Below are positions 24,956 through 38,129 of a stretch of DNA of 64,000 nucleotides, in pieces. Both the position numbers and the translations under genes were made by a program. The stretch comes from Octopus sinensis. Taxonomy: Eukaryota. The notes under the pieces are model-generated. The model was not told the origin of the DNA, searched no databases, and saw only the letters and a program-made list of their open reading frames with translations. Each line of letters begins with the position of its first letter. Position 1 is the stretch's first letter. The DNA is taken from the NCBI RefSeq assembly GCF_006345805.1, contig NC_043018.1:7068001-7132000 (forward strand). Reading direction: 5' to 3'.

Positions 24956-26069
24956 CTGCATGTGTGAGTATATGTAAGTATGTAAGCATATACATCTGAA
25001 TATATGCATGTATATGAGCATATATATGTGTGAATACATGTTTATATATATATATATATATATAAAAATATATAAACATGTATTCACACATATACATACT
25101 CATATATATATATATAATTAATATGTATGTATGTATAATAGGTATGTGTGTATGTATATATTTGAGTGTGTACCTGAATGCTAATACAGAAAATTCTGAG
25201 TCCCTGAGTCACTTTGTAATGCCTGCCAATTGTTAATGATAAAATGTTTCTTATATTCACATATTTCAAGTTGTTATATCCCTGTTCATATCATCATTAC
25301 CTTGATAGGAAATGAGTGATGGTTAATGACAGGAAGAGCGCCCAGTTATAGAAAATCTGCCTCATCAAATTCCATTTGACCCATGTAAGCATGAAAAAGT
25401 ATACATCATCATCATCATCGTTTAACGTCCGCTTCCCATGCTAGCATGGTTTGGACGGTTTGACTGTGGGCTAGCGAACCAGATGGCTGCACCAGGCTCC
25501 AGTTTGATCTGGCAGAGTTTCCACAGCTGAATGCCCTTCCTAGCACCAACCACTCCGAGAGTGTAGCGGGTGCTTTTATGTGCCACCGGCACGGGGGCCA
25601 GTCAGGCGGTACTGGCAATGACCTCGCTCGAATCTTTTTACACATGCCAACGGCACAGGTGCCAGTAAAGTGATGCACTAAGAATAAGTACAATGCAAAA
25701 TTACTACTTGCTTTTATAGCAAGTTGATGCAAGTAGTTTATCCTGTAGCTCTTCTGACTTTTAATTCCTGCAATTGAAAAAAAACGCATTATTTATGGGA
25801 CCACCCAATATATACACTTCATTTTTGTATCTGTTTTGCCAGATTCTTTATGTGAATTCGTGTGTTGAAACAAATTTTGTTGCATATGGGGAGAGTCATA
25901 CTGCCTTAATATCTCACACACACATTGATTCAATTTCCACTCATTTATTATTTATAATATAATATGCATGCATGCATGCATACATACATACATGCATACA
26001 TACATACATGCATTCATACATACATGCATTCATGTATACATGCATACATACATACATACATACATACAT

Positions 26070-27290
26070 AGTGGTGGTGGTTGTCTGCTCCTTATGCAAA
26101 GTTTGACCACCTCCTGTACCTACATCTTAGAACCATCGTGGCATCTGATGTGGCTTTTTAAACCAATGTTCTGAAAAGACACCCACATAGATTGAATATA
26201 CCATTTGGACCACCAAGAGCAGCAAATAAGTTCTGATCTTTTTGTTGATCTTAAAATGTCTTTTGAAGCCTCAGTTAGATTTGCAAACCTTCTGGCATAT
26301 GTTGCATTGAAAGGTGTGCACAGACATATTGGCAGAATAGATGACAGATGTTCGTTTTCCATGGGTTCACAAATGAGATTTGAGCCCAGCAAAAGAAAGG
26401 CATGGTCTATCACGAACTGTGGACACAAAAAGGTCATATATACATACATATATATGCAGAAGTTGAAGGTTACCCATGCAACTTGAACCTACATCTCCTA
26501 CAAACATGAGAGGCATTATAACATTGGACCAAAGCAATCCTTCGAATTTCTTTATCCATTTTAAAAACTTTATTCTCATCAGCAAGAATTTTATGTTATT
26601 GACAACATAAAAGAGTTTATAAACTTCAAGAGATTATTGAATAAATCCTGGTTTTTGGAATGGTGAATCTCAAGGATAACAGTTTTTGAAAAGTTGAAGG
26701 CTCTCCAAAATTTGAAACCATTATTCATAACTTTATTTGCTTGCTTCATGATTCTCCATTCCTAAAAGGGATTATTTGCATCACCTAATTGGTTTCCAAG
26801 CTTTTTTTACAAAAAGAAAAAAAATCCAAACTTTTTCTCCAGAATCTTCCAATTACATCTCACTCATATCTTCTGTTTGGCTTTCAAATTCTGCTACAAA
26901 ACATAGACTTGCCATAGTATCTTACATTGGCACCTTTTTTTTTTTTATCTGTTCTTCTGTATATACATACAATACGAGGATAAAAGAATCTTAATATTTT
27001 GTCCTCAACTGTAAATGTATTGTTGTCGTCTGCTTGGTTTTGAAGTTCTGCTACAAAAGAAGAATCACTATAAAGTCTTTTGTTCCACTTCCTTTTGGTT
27101 CCTGCCTTCAGGTTCTCTTTTCACATTGACAATTTCCTCTGTGTGGTCTGCTTTCAATTTAATACACACGCTCTTGAACAGAATTTCTCTGCCATGGAAA
27201 TTTATAATTCTCTGCAAATTTTGATGGATCACCAATCATTTTCTTTGGTTCACCAATCCCCTTTTTTCCATAAATACTTTCTTGCATTCT
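26070..27290 (-). mobile_element. Heavily decayed, internally deleted RTE-like LINE with C-terminal C2H2 fingers
   Basis: APE-like IYGKKGIGE..FAEN at ~27280-27200, LLWSNVIMPLMFVG at ~26520, and C2H2 remnants CNICQKVCKSN*GFKRHFKI and GLKSHIRCH at 26330-26130. Confidence 0.5.
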
Positions 27291-27294
27291 AATA

Positions 27295-27333
<39 letters not shown>

Positions 27334-27539
27334 CAATTCTTTTTCCTCAAAATTCTGATAAGCATAGATGTCGTCGTGGTTGTGTGGTAAGATGTTTGCT
27401 TCCCAGCTACATGGTTCTAGTTTCAGTCTCCATGCATGGCACTTCTACTGTAGTCATGGACCAACCAAAGCCTTATGAGTGAATTTGGTAGATAGAAACT
27501 AAAAAAAGTCCATTACTTACACACACACATATGTATATA

Positions 27540-27735
27540 TCACCGTGACCGACCAGGCTATCAGATGTTGCTGCACATCGCTGGTCACAATGCGCTTTGC
27601 ATTGTTTTAGCCTTCAAATGACGCCACCCCGCTGGCTAAGCAAGCAGGCCAACAGAAGAAAGAGTGAGAGAAAGTTGTGGCAAAAGAGTACAGCAGGGAT
27701 CGCCACCACCCCCTACTGAGCCATTGCGCCTCCAC
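27540..27735 (-). mobile_element. SINE family D variant, deleted
   Basis: Reverse match to 40952-41255. Confidence 0.75.
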
Positions 27736-27765
27736 ATATGTATATATATATGCACACACGCACAC

Positions 27766-28982
27766 ACAAGGGATATTCCTTAAAGATTCCCCCTGACCCA
27801 CTTCCCAAAGACTGGGATACACGAAACTTGGCATAATTATGAGCCCTTCTTTACATAAGCCACCATTAAATGGTGACACATTGCAACCATCACTTTATGC
27901 AGCTGTGAAGACCTCATCTGTAGAAGTCGGTAGGTTGCATCTGGGGCCAAGACTTTACCTCGGAAATAAGTTCATCATCATCTGAAAAGTGCTTCCCTTC
28001 AAAAAAGACTTCATGGTTGGAAAAGGGTAGAAGTCAGATGGTGCAAGGCCTGGAGAGAAAGGGGAATGAGGAAGGGTTTCATAGCTGCAGGAGTGTGCTT
28101 TCATCTCAGCAACATGCGCATTGTGAACTGGGGCGTTGTCTTGGAGGAGGCAGACTCCTTTGGTTAGCATGCCATGCTTCTCTGCTTTGGTAGTGTCCCA
28201 CAATTTCTGTGGCAGAGAAGCATAATGTGCCCCATTAATTGTGGTGCCCTTTGTCAGGATATCCATCATCAAAACTCATTACTAGCCTCAAAAGTCTGTG
28301 AGCGTCACATTGCCTGCTGAGGGTTGGACACGAGCTTTCTTTGGAGGTGGTGAGTTATCATGCTTCCATTTCTTTGACTGGACTTTAGTCTCAGGATCAT
28401 AGTGATGGACCCATGTTTCATCCTGTGTGATAAGTCTGCTGAAAAAGCCTTCCTCATTTACTTGGCACATTGCCAAATGAACCTAACTCATTTCTGTTAC
28501 TGAAAAGGTGTGATCATCCAGGGAATCCATGCAAATGGTTGTGAATGATTTTTTCCACAGACTCTCCACTTATCTTCACTTCTTGGACTAGCTGCCAAAT
28601 AGTTATGCTGCAATGCTCTAAAATCAATAGCAGAATGTGGCCATCCAGGAATAGGAGCAGTTTCTACCAATGTCCAACCACATTTGAACTGGCAATGCCA
28701 GTGCTTGACTACATCGTCACCGTAAACTTCTTTCATCTCATCGAAAATCTCTTTTGGTGTACGATCTTTCAAGTATAAGAACTGACCATTAATCTGCATT
28801 CAACTGCCTCCATTATAACACTTCAGTCCACTTCGTTAGCTGTAAAAGACAAATGAAAACTAGTAGAAAGCTGTAATTTACAATGTGACATGTAGAGATA
28901 TGTATGATTATACCTGTACAAGTTCTTTTTCCTGCAATAACTGGAAGTGGGTCAGGGAAATCTTTAATGAATGCCCCATGTA
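27766..28982 (-). mobile_element. Mariner transposon (~1.2 kb) with both TIRs, transposase pseudogene
   Basis: TIRs at 27766-27805 and 28943-28982. Motifs ITQDETWVHHYDPETK, LLQDNAPVH and HSPFSPGLAPSDFYPF (decayed YSPDLAPSD). Frameshifted. Confidence 0.9.
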
Positions 28983-29223
28983 TGTGTGTATATACATACA
29001 TATATAGTTACAACTATGATGTTGTTGATGAAACATGTTCTTTGTCTCTCTACTTATCCTCTTTGTGATTTTGGATAATAGGAAAACTATACAAATGAAT
29101 CCTTTGAATTTAACTAAATTCTGTATTTTTATGCAGCTGAAGATTGCTATACGTTTTAAAATTGATGTAATATTTGCATTGTTCAATTGAATGGAGTCAC
29201 ATGAAACAATCTTACTGCATTAC

Positions 29224-29298
29224 CTCTGGATATCCTTGTTGCTTATTTTGATTGTAATCACCCCATTTTGAATTATATGGATAATACCATACTAAATT
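29224..29298 (-). CDS. Candidate 75-nt exon (NLVWYYPYNSKWGDYNQNKQQGYPE)
   Basis: Acceptor gtaacAG and donor GAG|GTAATG. Only frame 0 is open, phase 0-0, compatible with the 24955 candidate. No firm homology. Confidence 0.33.
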
Positions 29299-29302
29299 CT
29301 GT

Positions 29303-29347
<45 letters not shown>

Positions 29348-29545
29348 GTGTGTGTGTGTGTGTGTATACATACACACACATACATATATGCATACATGTA
29401 TATATACATAATTAAGGATATAGAAAGACATTCTTTAGCTTATATGCTGAAAAGTAGATGCTAAATCATCTCACCACTTAACTACTTAAGAAGTTACAAA
29501 ATTAAAACCATGTTGAATTCGAAGTAGCAAGCTAAAGGAAATTAT

Positions 29546-32500
29546 CAAGGTAATCGAGGTAGTCAGAGTAAGTGATAGAGTACTTAAGATTAGATTAGTG
29601 CTTCACCATAGGTCAGCTACCATCATCTCGGCATATGCCCCTCAACCAGGGCTACCGGAAGGACAGAAAGACCAATTCTACGACACCCTACTGCGGACTA
29701 CCTCGTTGACGAATGACAGTGACCTTCTCCTTGTGGCAGGTGATTTCAATGGACATGTTGGTCGGCATGTCGGGGGCTTCCATGGCGTTCATGGAGGCTA
29801 CAGTTTTGGCTCTCGCAATGAGGAGGGAACAAGGCTGCTGGAGTTCTGCGATGCAAATGACCTTATGGTTTGCAATACCAACTTCAGGAAACCCACCTTT
29901 CACCTAGTCACCTACCGTTCTGGCAGACACACTAGCCAGATTGACTACATCCTCGCCAGAAAGAGGGAAAGAGGGCTGCTTATAAATGCCAAAACCTTTC
30001 CAGGCGAAGAATGTACTCCTCAACATAGATTAGTAGTTAGCGGCTTCAGGATCAGAGCTAAATGGTTGCCCAGAAGAAGACCAGCTTGGAGGAGAAGGGT
30101 CTGGAAGCTTAAAGATCCTGCAAATGGACAGAGATTTAGAGACAAACTACTCGAAGCCTTTGACGAAATAGAAGGGGATATAGCTTCACTTAATGTGGAA
30201 GACAACTGGAGATTTCTACGGGACAATATGCTTACAGCCACTGACCAGATCTGTGGATGGAGCAAAGTCCCATCTCGACCCAGAGTAATGTGGTGGTGGA
30301 ACAATGTGGTTGACAGGGCTATTAGACAAAAGAAACAGGCTTGGAGGGACTGGAAGAACGGTGGTAGCAGGGAATTGTATCAGACAGCCAGAAGAGAAGC
30401 TAGGAGACAGGTTTATTTAGCCAGAGGGGAAGCGGATAAGAAAAAATTTGCCAATGTTCTGCGCCATGAGGATGAAAGACTTGAGGTATTTCGTGTTGCA
30501 GGACAGTGTGTGAGAGAGAATCGTGATGTGGTAGGAGAGAAATGTGTCCGCATGGATGATGGTTCACTTGCGCTAAATGAGGATGCAAAGAGAGAGGTTT
30601 GGAGATGCCACTATGAAAGGTTGCTGAATAAAGAAAATGAATGGGATAAAGAGAGTCTGCCGAATGTCAACCCAACAGAGGGACCAGCTATCCGAGTTGA
30701 CAGTTCTTTGGTAGTTAAAGCAATTAGAAGCATGAAGACAGGGAAAGCCCTAGGCCCATCAGGAATTACTGCAGAGATGCTCAAAATATCTGGCAGTGTC
30801 GGCTATAACCTAGTCACCCGTATAGTTAACCAGGTGATACATGAAGGAGTCATACCCAATGACTGGTGTAGCAGCATACTAGTCAACTGCTACAAAGGTA
30901 AAGGAGATGCCCTAGATACGAATAATTACAGAGTATCAAGCTGTTGGATCAGGTAATGAAGGTTACAGAGAGGGTCATAGCCCAACTGATTAGGGAGAGA
31001 GTCAATTTGGACGAGATGCAGTTTGGTTTCATGCCAGGGAAAAGCACCACTGATGCCATATTTCTGGTGAGACAGCTGCAGGAGAAATACCTAGCCAAAG
31101 ATAAGCCCCTGTACCTGGCTTTCGTTGACATGGAGAAAGCCTTTGACAGGGTCCCCCGATCCCTTATCTGGTGGTCAATGAGGAAACTAGGGATAGATGA
31201 ATGGCTGGTGAGAGCTATGCAAGCCATGTACAAGGATGCCGTAAGTAAGGTAAGGGTTGGCAACATGTACACAGAAGAATTCAAAGTAGAGGTTGGGGTC
31301 CACCAGGGTTCAGTACTCAGCCCCCTCCTATTTATCATAGTCCTCCAGGCAATTACGGAGGAATTCAAGACAGGTTGCCCCTGGGAGCTCCTATATGCTG
31401 ACGACCTTGCTCTAATTGCTGAGTCACTGTCAGAACTGGAGGAGAAGTTCCGGGTGTGGAAGGAGGGTCTAGAATCGAAGGGCCTTAGAGTCAACATAGC
31501 TAAAACCAAAGTACTAATAAGTAGGAAGGTAGACAATCCACAAATGTCTTCAGGAAGATGGCCCTGCTCGATCTGTAGAAAAGGTGTAGGTAGAAACTCT
31601 ATATGATGCACCCAGTGTAAGCTATGGACACATAAGAGGTGCAGCAATGTCAAAGGAAGGCTAACAGGGAAAATAGTTTTTGTATGTGGCAGATGCTCAG
31701 GAGCAATAATCTCTGAAAATCTGCAGAAAACAACTTCCGTCACTTTCCAGGGGAAAAACCAGAAGTAGTTGATAGCTTCTGTTATCTAGGTGACCATGTC
31801 AGTAGTGGGGGTGAGTGCATTGAAAGTGTAACTGCTAGAGTAAGAATAGCCTGGGCAAAGTTTAGGGAGCTCTTACCTCTGCTGGTGACTAAAGGCATCT
31901 CGCTCAGAGTAAAAGGCAGACTGTATGATGCATGTGTACGAACAGCCATGCTACATGGCAGTGAAACATGGGCCGTGACTGCTGAGGACATGCGTAAGCT
32001 CGCGAGGAATAAAGCCAGTATGCTCCGATGGATGTGTAATGCCAGTGTGCATACTCGACAGAGCGTCAGTACCCTGAGAGAAATGTTGGACCTAAGAAGC
32101 ATCAGTTGTAGTGTGCAAGAGAGACAATTGCGCTGTATGGTCATGTGGCGAGAATGGATGAAGATAGGTGTGTGAAAAAGTGCCAATCCCTAGCAGTTGA
32201 GGGAACCCGTGGAAGAGGCAGACCCAGGAAAACTGGGATGAGGTGGTGAAGCATGACCTTCGAACCTTGGGTCTCACTGAGGAAATGACCGGCAACCGAG
32301 ACCTTTGGAAATATGCTGTGCGTGAGAAGACCAGGCAGGACAAGTGAGTCCAGCCCACTTATGCATGCCTTTCCCCCCTTGGACACACAAAGACCTGTTG
32401 AAGCAAGCGAAGTCGATATCGAACCTCATCCGACGACAGGCACCTATGGCAACCCCCCTTGCTTGCGAAGACCTGTTGGGGTAAGTGAAATCGAAATTGA

Positions 32501-33046
32501 ACCAATCCTATGACTAGCACCCAGCAGATGCCAGGGCCCTGGGACTGGAGGTACGTAAAAAGCACTATCCGAATTGTGGCCGATGCCAGCGCCGCCTCGA
32601 CTGGCTTCCATGTCGGTGGCACGTAAAAAGCACCATCCGAATCGTAGCCGAAGCCAGTGCCGCCTCAACTGGCTTCCATAAAATGGACCATCTCAATTGT
32701 GGCCGATGCCAGCGCTGCCTCGGCTGGCTTCTGTGTCGGTGGCACGTAAAAAGCACCATCCGAATCGTAGCCAAAGCCAGTACCACCTCGACTGGCTTCC
32801 ATAAAATGCACCAATCTGACCGTGGCCGATGCCAGCCTCGCCTGGCACCAGTGCAGGTGGCACGTAAAATGCACCCACTACACTCACGGAGTGGTTGGCG
32901 TTAGGAAGGGCATCCAGCTGTAGAAACGTTGCCAGATAAGACCAGAGCCTGGTGCAGCCTTCTGGCTTCCCAGATCCCCGGTCGAACCGTCCAACCCATG
33001 CTAGCATGGAGAACGGACGTTAAACGATGATGATGATGATGATGAT
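29546..33046 (+). mobile_element. 5'-truncated RTE-clade LINE (APE endonuclease + RT), inactivated
   Basis: APE motifs ISAYAPQ, VAGDFNGHVG and SQIDYIL; RT motifs QFGFMPGKSTTDAIF, FVDMEKAFDRV, VHQGSVLSPLLF and YADD. Frameshifts near 30935 and 31752, TGA at 31604, and a (GAT)n tail. Confidence 0.97.
32530..32870 (+). repeat. ~60-65-bp tandem repeats in the LINE 3' UTR (ggcacgtaaaaagcaccatccgaatcgtggccgatgccagc...)
   Basis: Four to five imperfect copies; the same unit is seen at 10670-10800 and 61190-61480. Confidence 0.8.
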
Positions 33047-33688
33047 AAATAGCCCTGGATTAGCTCATTTCTGGATTTTCCCTGTATATATACATGTGTA
33101 TATGTGTCTTAGTGTTAGTAAACACCACTGCTAAACATTGAGTGTTGGTTTGTCTATGCTCCTATAGCTTAGCAGTTACAGCTAATTGATCAGTTATTAG
33201 GTTAGATAGTTAACCGATTGACTAACAATAAATAAGTGATATAGAGCCAGCACATGTGTTTATTATTGTTGGCATAATGGCCCACCATGGAAACAAGATT
33301 TGTTTCAACACACAAATTCTCATCAAGAATCTTGCAACCCAAATACAAGAGCAAATGAATTCAGTGATTAATGCTAAATCAAAACCTGAAGATTTCCCCA
33401 GATTTACTTCTACCAAAACTGAACTCTTAGATATGAAGACAAAGACTGGATTCCAAAAAGAAATTTCCATCCTAAGAAAAAATGGTTTTAAATTGAGGAG
33501 ATAAAATCTCCCATTTTCTCTCCAGTTTTGTCTTTCTAAAAATTCTATTTTAAATGTCAATATCTATTTTCCTATTTTCAGCATTTTAATATTAGTTTTT
33601 GACAAACTGGTATCTCTTTTTCTATCTATTTAATGGTTTGTGCCACAGTATTCAATCTAGCTGTCTATCTACTTATATATACACATAT

Positions 33689-33752
<64 letters not shown>

Positions 33753-34045
33753 TATATATATATATATATACATGCATGCATATATGTATGTGTGTGTATA
33801 TATTTATACATATATATATATACACACACACACATATATATACATATACACGCACATATCTATATGTATATATATACACACACACATATATACATATATA
33901 TACACCTATACACACATACACACACACATATATATATATACACACACACATACATATATATAGTAAATCCAAAAATAACAAAGAACAAACACAATAAAAA
34001 ACAACAACACAAGGATGTGGTACGTGCAAAGTATTAGCAGATGCT

Positions 34046-34100
<55 letters not shown>

Positions 34101-34667
34101 GTATATTGTCATCTCTACAAATTTTCCTATCTGATATCTAGAATACGAAACATTGTAACAAAATCAGTGCTGGTTGTAATTTCTATAGAAAATCTATAGA
34201 GATGACCGTAACACGTGATTTAAGTGCACTGCTAACACAGTAGTACTCGGTATTGACTTATAAAAACGTTTAATATACTTTGTAGCATATTATGGTTACA
34301 TAACGAAAATATCATGTACCTACAAGCCATTAATATTTATGTTACTAGTTTCCAAGAATGTGTTTAATATGAAAATCAGTTTATTCAATAATGTTACATC
34401 ACTATATTTAGTGGCTGTTTACGCAGTGAGTTCGTGGATGGTTAATGGGGTAGATGAGTGCTGATGCAGGAGCAAAAACTCCTGAGATATGGCATATATG
34501 CCCATTACCCATATTTCATCTTCACTCTCATTCTTTGTTTACATCTGATGTCTCAGATATGAAACACCGTAACACAAATCAATGCTGGCTACAATTTCTA
34601 TAGGGAATCTGTTGAGAGAACCTTAACAAGGGATGTAATAGCACTGCTAACACAGTAGTACATGATA

Positions 34668-35028
34668 TCTCTATATATATAAACGCCAAACTGTCTGTGT
34701 GTGTGTGTGTGCGTGCGTGTCCTTTATACAAATCCACAAATTTTCAGTTAGAGGGCTCGCACTTTCTATGGTAATTCAAAACCATCCAAGGGTAGTCGTG
34801 CACATCTTTACATTTCCCCAGTCACCCTGCAAAGCCATTAAAAAATCAATAGAAATTACTTTCTTGTGAATTTTCTATCCAAAACCCAATCAAAATGCCT
34901 GAAACTTGATACGCCAATTAAATGCCAATTAGCTGTATGTGAGTGGTTGGAGATTTGGACAGTACTTGCGTGTATGTGCACATGCATGCACTAGCACTAT
35001 GACCCGGCAATGCTAGTCATAGTGCTTA
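34668..35028 (+). mobile_element. Non-autonomous Helitron, second copy
   Basis: Colinear with 11571-11934, with a degraded terminal hairpin. Confidence 0.8.
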
Positions 35029-35244
35029 TAAAAATTGACTTATAAAAATGTTTAATATACTTTGTAAAATATTATCATTGCGTAACAAAATATCCAGTGT
35101 CTACAAGTCATTAATAAATAAATATATATATCTTTATATATATATATATGTATATATATATTTATATGTATGTACATACATACACATACATACTCACACT
35201 CATATGCATACACATTCATATATATATATATATCTTTTTAAATA

Positions 35245-35768
35245 AGAAAATGGATAGAATTTACGTACTGATGTTTTTAAATAAAGACATTGAAATTCAT
35301 ACATAGATCCCCTTCCTACAGCTGTTTGCATACCCAATTCTTTAATATTAGAAATATAATTCCATATTTGAAGCCAGTGAGTTGGGTATATCCACGGGAG
35401 AATTTCAAAAGGAAATCATTTAACAATATGTTGGCTAACCTACGACAAACTCATATGTAAAAACACATGCACACATATATAAATACACACATATGTACAT
35501 ACAACAGGCATACATACCTAAGTATATACACACATGCACACATACATACATACTTCTGAGTTTGTCGTAGGTTAGCCTACACGTTATTAAATGACTTCCT
35601 TTTGAAATTCTTCCTGAGGATATATCCAACTCACTGGTTTCGAATATGGAATTTTATTTCTGATATTAAAGAATTGGGTATGGAAACAGCTGTAGGTAGG
35701 AGTTTCTATACAGGAATTTGAATGTCTTTAAATAAAAACATCAGTATGTAAATTTTTATCCATTTTCT
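35245..35768. mobile_element. Foldback element with ~210-bp diverged TIRs and a microsatellite spacer
   Basis: 35245-35453 is inverted relative to 35557-35768. Confidence 0.8.
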
Positions 35769-35930
35769 CCATTTTGTTGTTTAAAAAGGGTTATTTAAAT
35801 ACCTGTAAGTTTCAGTGATAAACTAATATATTTGGTTTTCTCTGAACACTGGTATAAACCATGATGCTTGCATCCCTTAAGGGACTTTAATTCCTTGATT
35901 AATTAAATGAAATTGAATTATATATATATT

Positions 35931-35961
<31 letters not shown>

Positions 35962-36155
35962 GTGACCACGTGTGTACCGTTGGGGATTTTTTTCCTCAGT
36001 CTTACCTTCTTTGGATCTTTCCTTTTCCTATGTTTCTGACGAAGAGCTCCGCTCGAAACATTAAAGCCTCCTTCTTTCCTGAGCATCCAATAATACTATA
36101 CTTGTTCCACGTCCTCGCATTGTTGAGTTTTCTCTTTGTGTTTTCATGTTTGGAT

Positions 36156-36196
<41 letters not shown>

Positions 36197-36674
36197 TTCT
36201 TATTATAAAAGGCAGATTTTATCTGCCTCCCTTTGTCAGTTATAGAAATCTACAATATAGGATTTCTTCAATTACAATTTACCTAGCATTTTTAAGAGTA
36301 GAATGCATCGGGTTTTGCCAGGTCCGGTTTTTAAAATTTCAACCCCAATTAAGCAAAATTTAGAGAAAACTCACATTCTGGTGTATATGTCAAATGCTTT
36401 TCTTAGTTTGGGTTACAGCACATGCAAACGCACACACACAGTGTGCAACGAATAAACTGAAACTAATTCACTGTGTGTTGACAGGAAAGTAATTCACTTT
36501 CTGTAGTGAGTGATTCTTTCACTCTGCCTCCCACTTCCTCTTTACACACATAGACACGCAAATATATAAATAAAATTGTAAGCTAACGTGCGTGTGTGTG
36601 TGTGTGTGCGTGTGTGTGTGTGAGGGTGCGTCTCTGTGTGTGTGTGTGTGTGTGTGTGCGTGAATGTGTGACAG

Positions 36675-37190
36675 GAAAGTTTTTTACGACGAATATAAGA
36701 CCTATATCCAAGTAGCAGAAAGATCGACCAAAAGTGTATATAGATATTTAAATGTATTTATATATTCATCTATACACAGATGTATGTATAATGTGTGTGT
36801 ATATATTTCTATAGACGTAACCATTCACTCCGCACAAAGTATTTTAGGACGAAAATAAGATCTAAAGTTATCTCTAAGTAGCACAAAGATCGCCCAAAAG
36901 TGTATATAGATATATAAATGTATTTATATATTCATCTATGCACACATGTATGTATAACGTGTGTGTATATATTTCCATAGAGGTAACCATTCACTCCATA
37001 TAAAGTTTTTTTGGACGAAAATAAGATCTAAAGTTATCTCTAAGAAACAGAAAGATCGCCCAAAAGTGTATATAGATATTTAAATGTATTTATATATTCA
37101 TCTATACACACATGTATGTATAATGTGTGTGTATATATTTCCATAGAGGTAACCATTCAATCCATACAAAGTTTTTTAGGACGAAAATAT
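36675..37190. repeat. Three tandem copies of a ~166-bp unit
   Basis: The anchor gacgaa recurs at 36689, 36849, 37015 and 37181. Confidence 0.9.
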
Positions 37191-38034
37191 TTATATATAA
37201 AAGAAAGGTTGTGTGTCTGTCTACTCCGATTTAGATTCCTAACTACTCCCACATTTTGCGATGAAGTTTAACCAAAACCGGGTATCTTATAGTCGTGATT
37301 CATATCGAGCCCTTCTGGGTATTAGCGCGCGTCTACGATGAGTCGATGATTTTACAAATAATTTACCATCATTTTTTTCCATTTTAATGCATATTTTTTT
37401 TAATAAAGGGAAGTAACTCTCAAACTTCACACCAATATGCGTGCTCATATACGACGTAATATCACATCAGCAGCATTTCCTCACATCCTCCTTGCACTTG
37501 GCGAAGGTAAAATACCAGGGGATGAAAATGGTAATATTGCCATCGATTCCATTTGTACCATTGTTAAGACGCCTTCTGATCTCAGAGATGCAGTGTTCCC
37601 AGATCTACAAGCTAATTATCAGAATATGGATTGGATTGGCAAAAAGGCTATACTGGCCCCGAGGAATAAAACTGTTCACCATATTAATGATGAAATACTA
37701 AAACTCATTCCTGGGGAAGTCTATGTATATCAGTCTATCGATACAACTCCTGACCCAGAGGACGTCATCAACTATCCAATAGAGGTACTCAATTCCTTTG
37801 AGCACCCCGGACTACCACCACACTTTCTCAAACTTAAAGTTGGTGCCCCTATAATGCTCATCAGAAATTTGGTTCCCCCAAAACAATGCAATGGCACACG
37901 TTTGATCGTTAAGTCCTTATCTCCCACCGTAAACTTATATCAATATTTGCCTGAATAATCATCATAATTCAGTGCAATCATTAACAGTACTTTCAAGCAA
38001 TTCAGCCCCGAGCAACGCCGGGCAATTCTGCTAG
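37191..38034 (+). mobile_element. Non-autonomous Helitron carrying a PIF1-like helicase fragment (ORF 37437-37958)
   Basis: AILAPRN..INDEIL, YPIEVLNS..PGLPPH.LKLKVGAPIMLIRNL..CNGTRLIV. The 3' hairpin cccgagcaacgccggg is followed by CTAG|T at 38031-38035. Confidence 0.92.
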
Positions 38035-38129
38035 TGTATATATATAATTATATGTATGTATATATACACACACACACACATATATACATCTGTATACATT
38101 TAGAAAGAACAAGAATCAAAGATCAAAGA

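Noticed and set aside
26120-26449. Host C2H2 zinc-finger gene exon
   Set aside because: The fingers are broken by a stop and a frameshift and sit at the 3' end of a decayed LINE.
29598-32175. Active autonomous LINE
   Set aside because: 5'-truncated within the APE domain, with two frameshifts and premature stops.
37437-37958. Host PIF1 helicase gene
   Set aside because: Intronless partial domain enclosed by Helitron termini.
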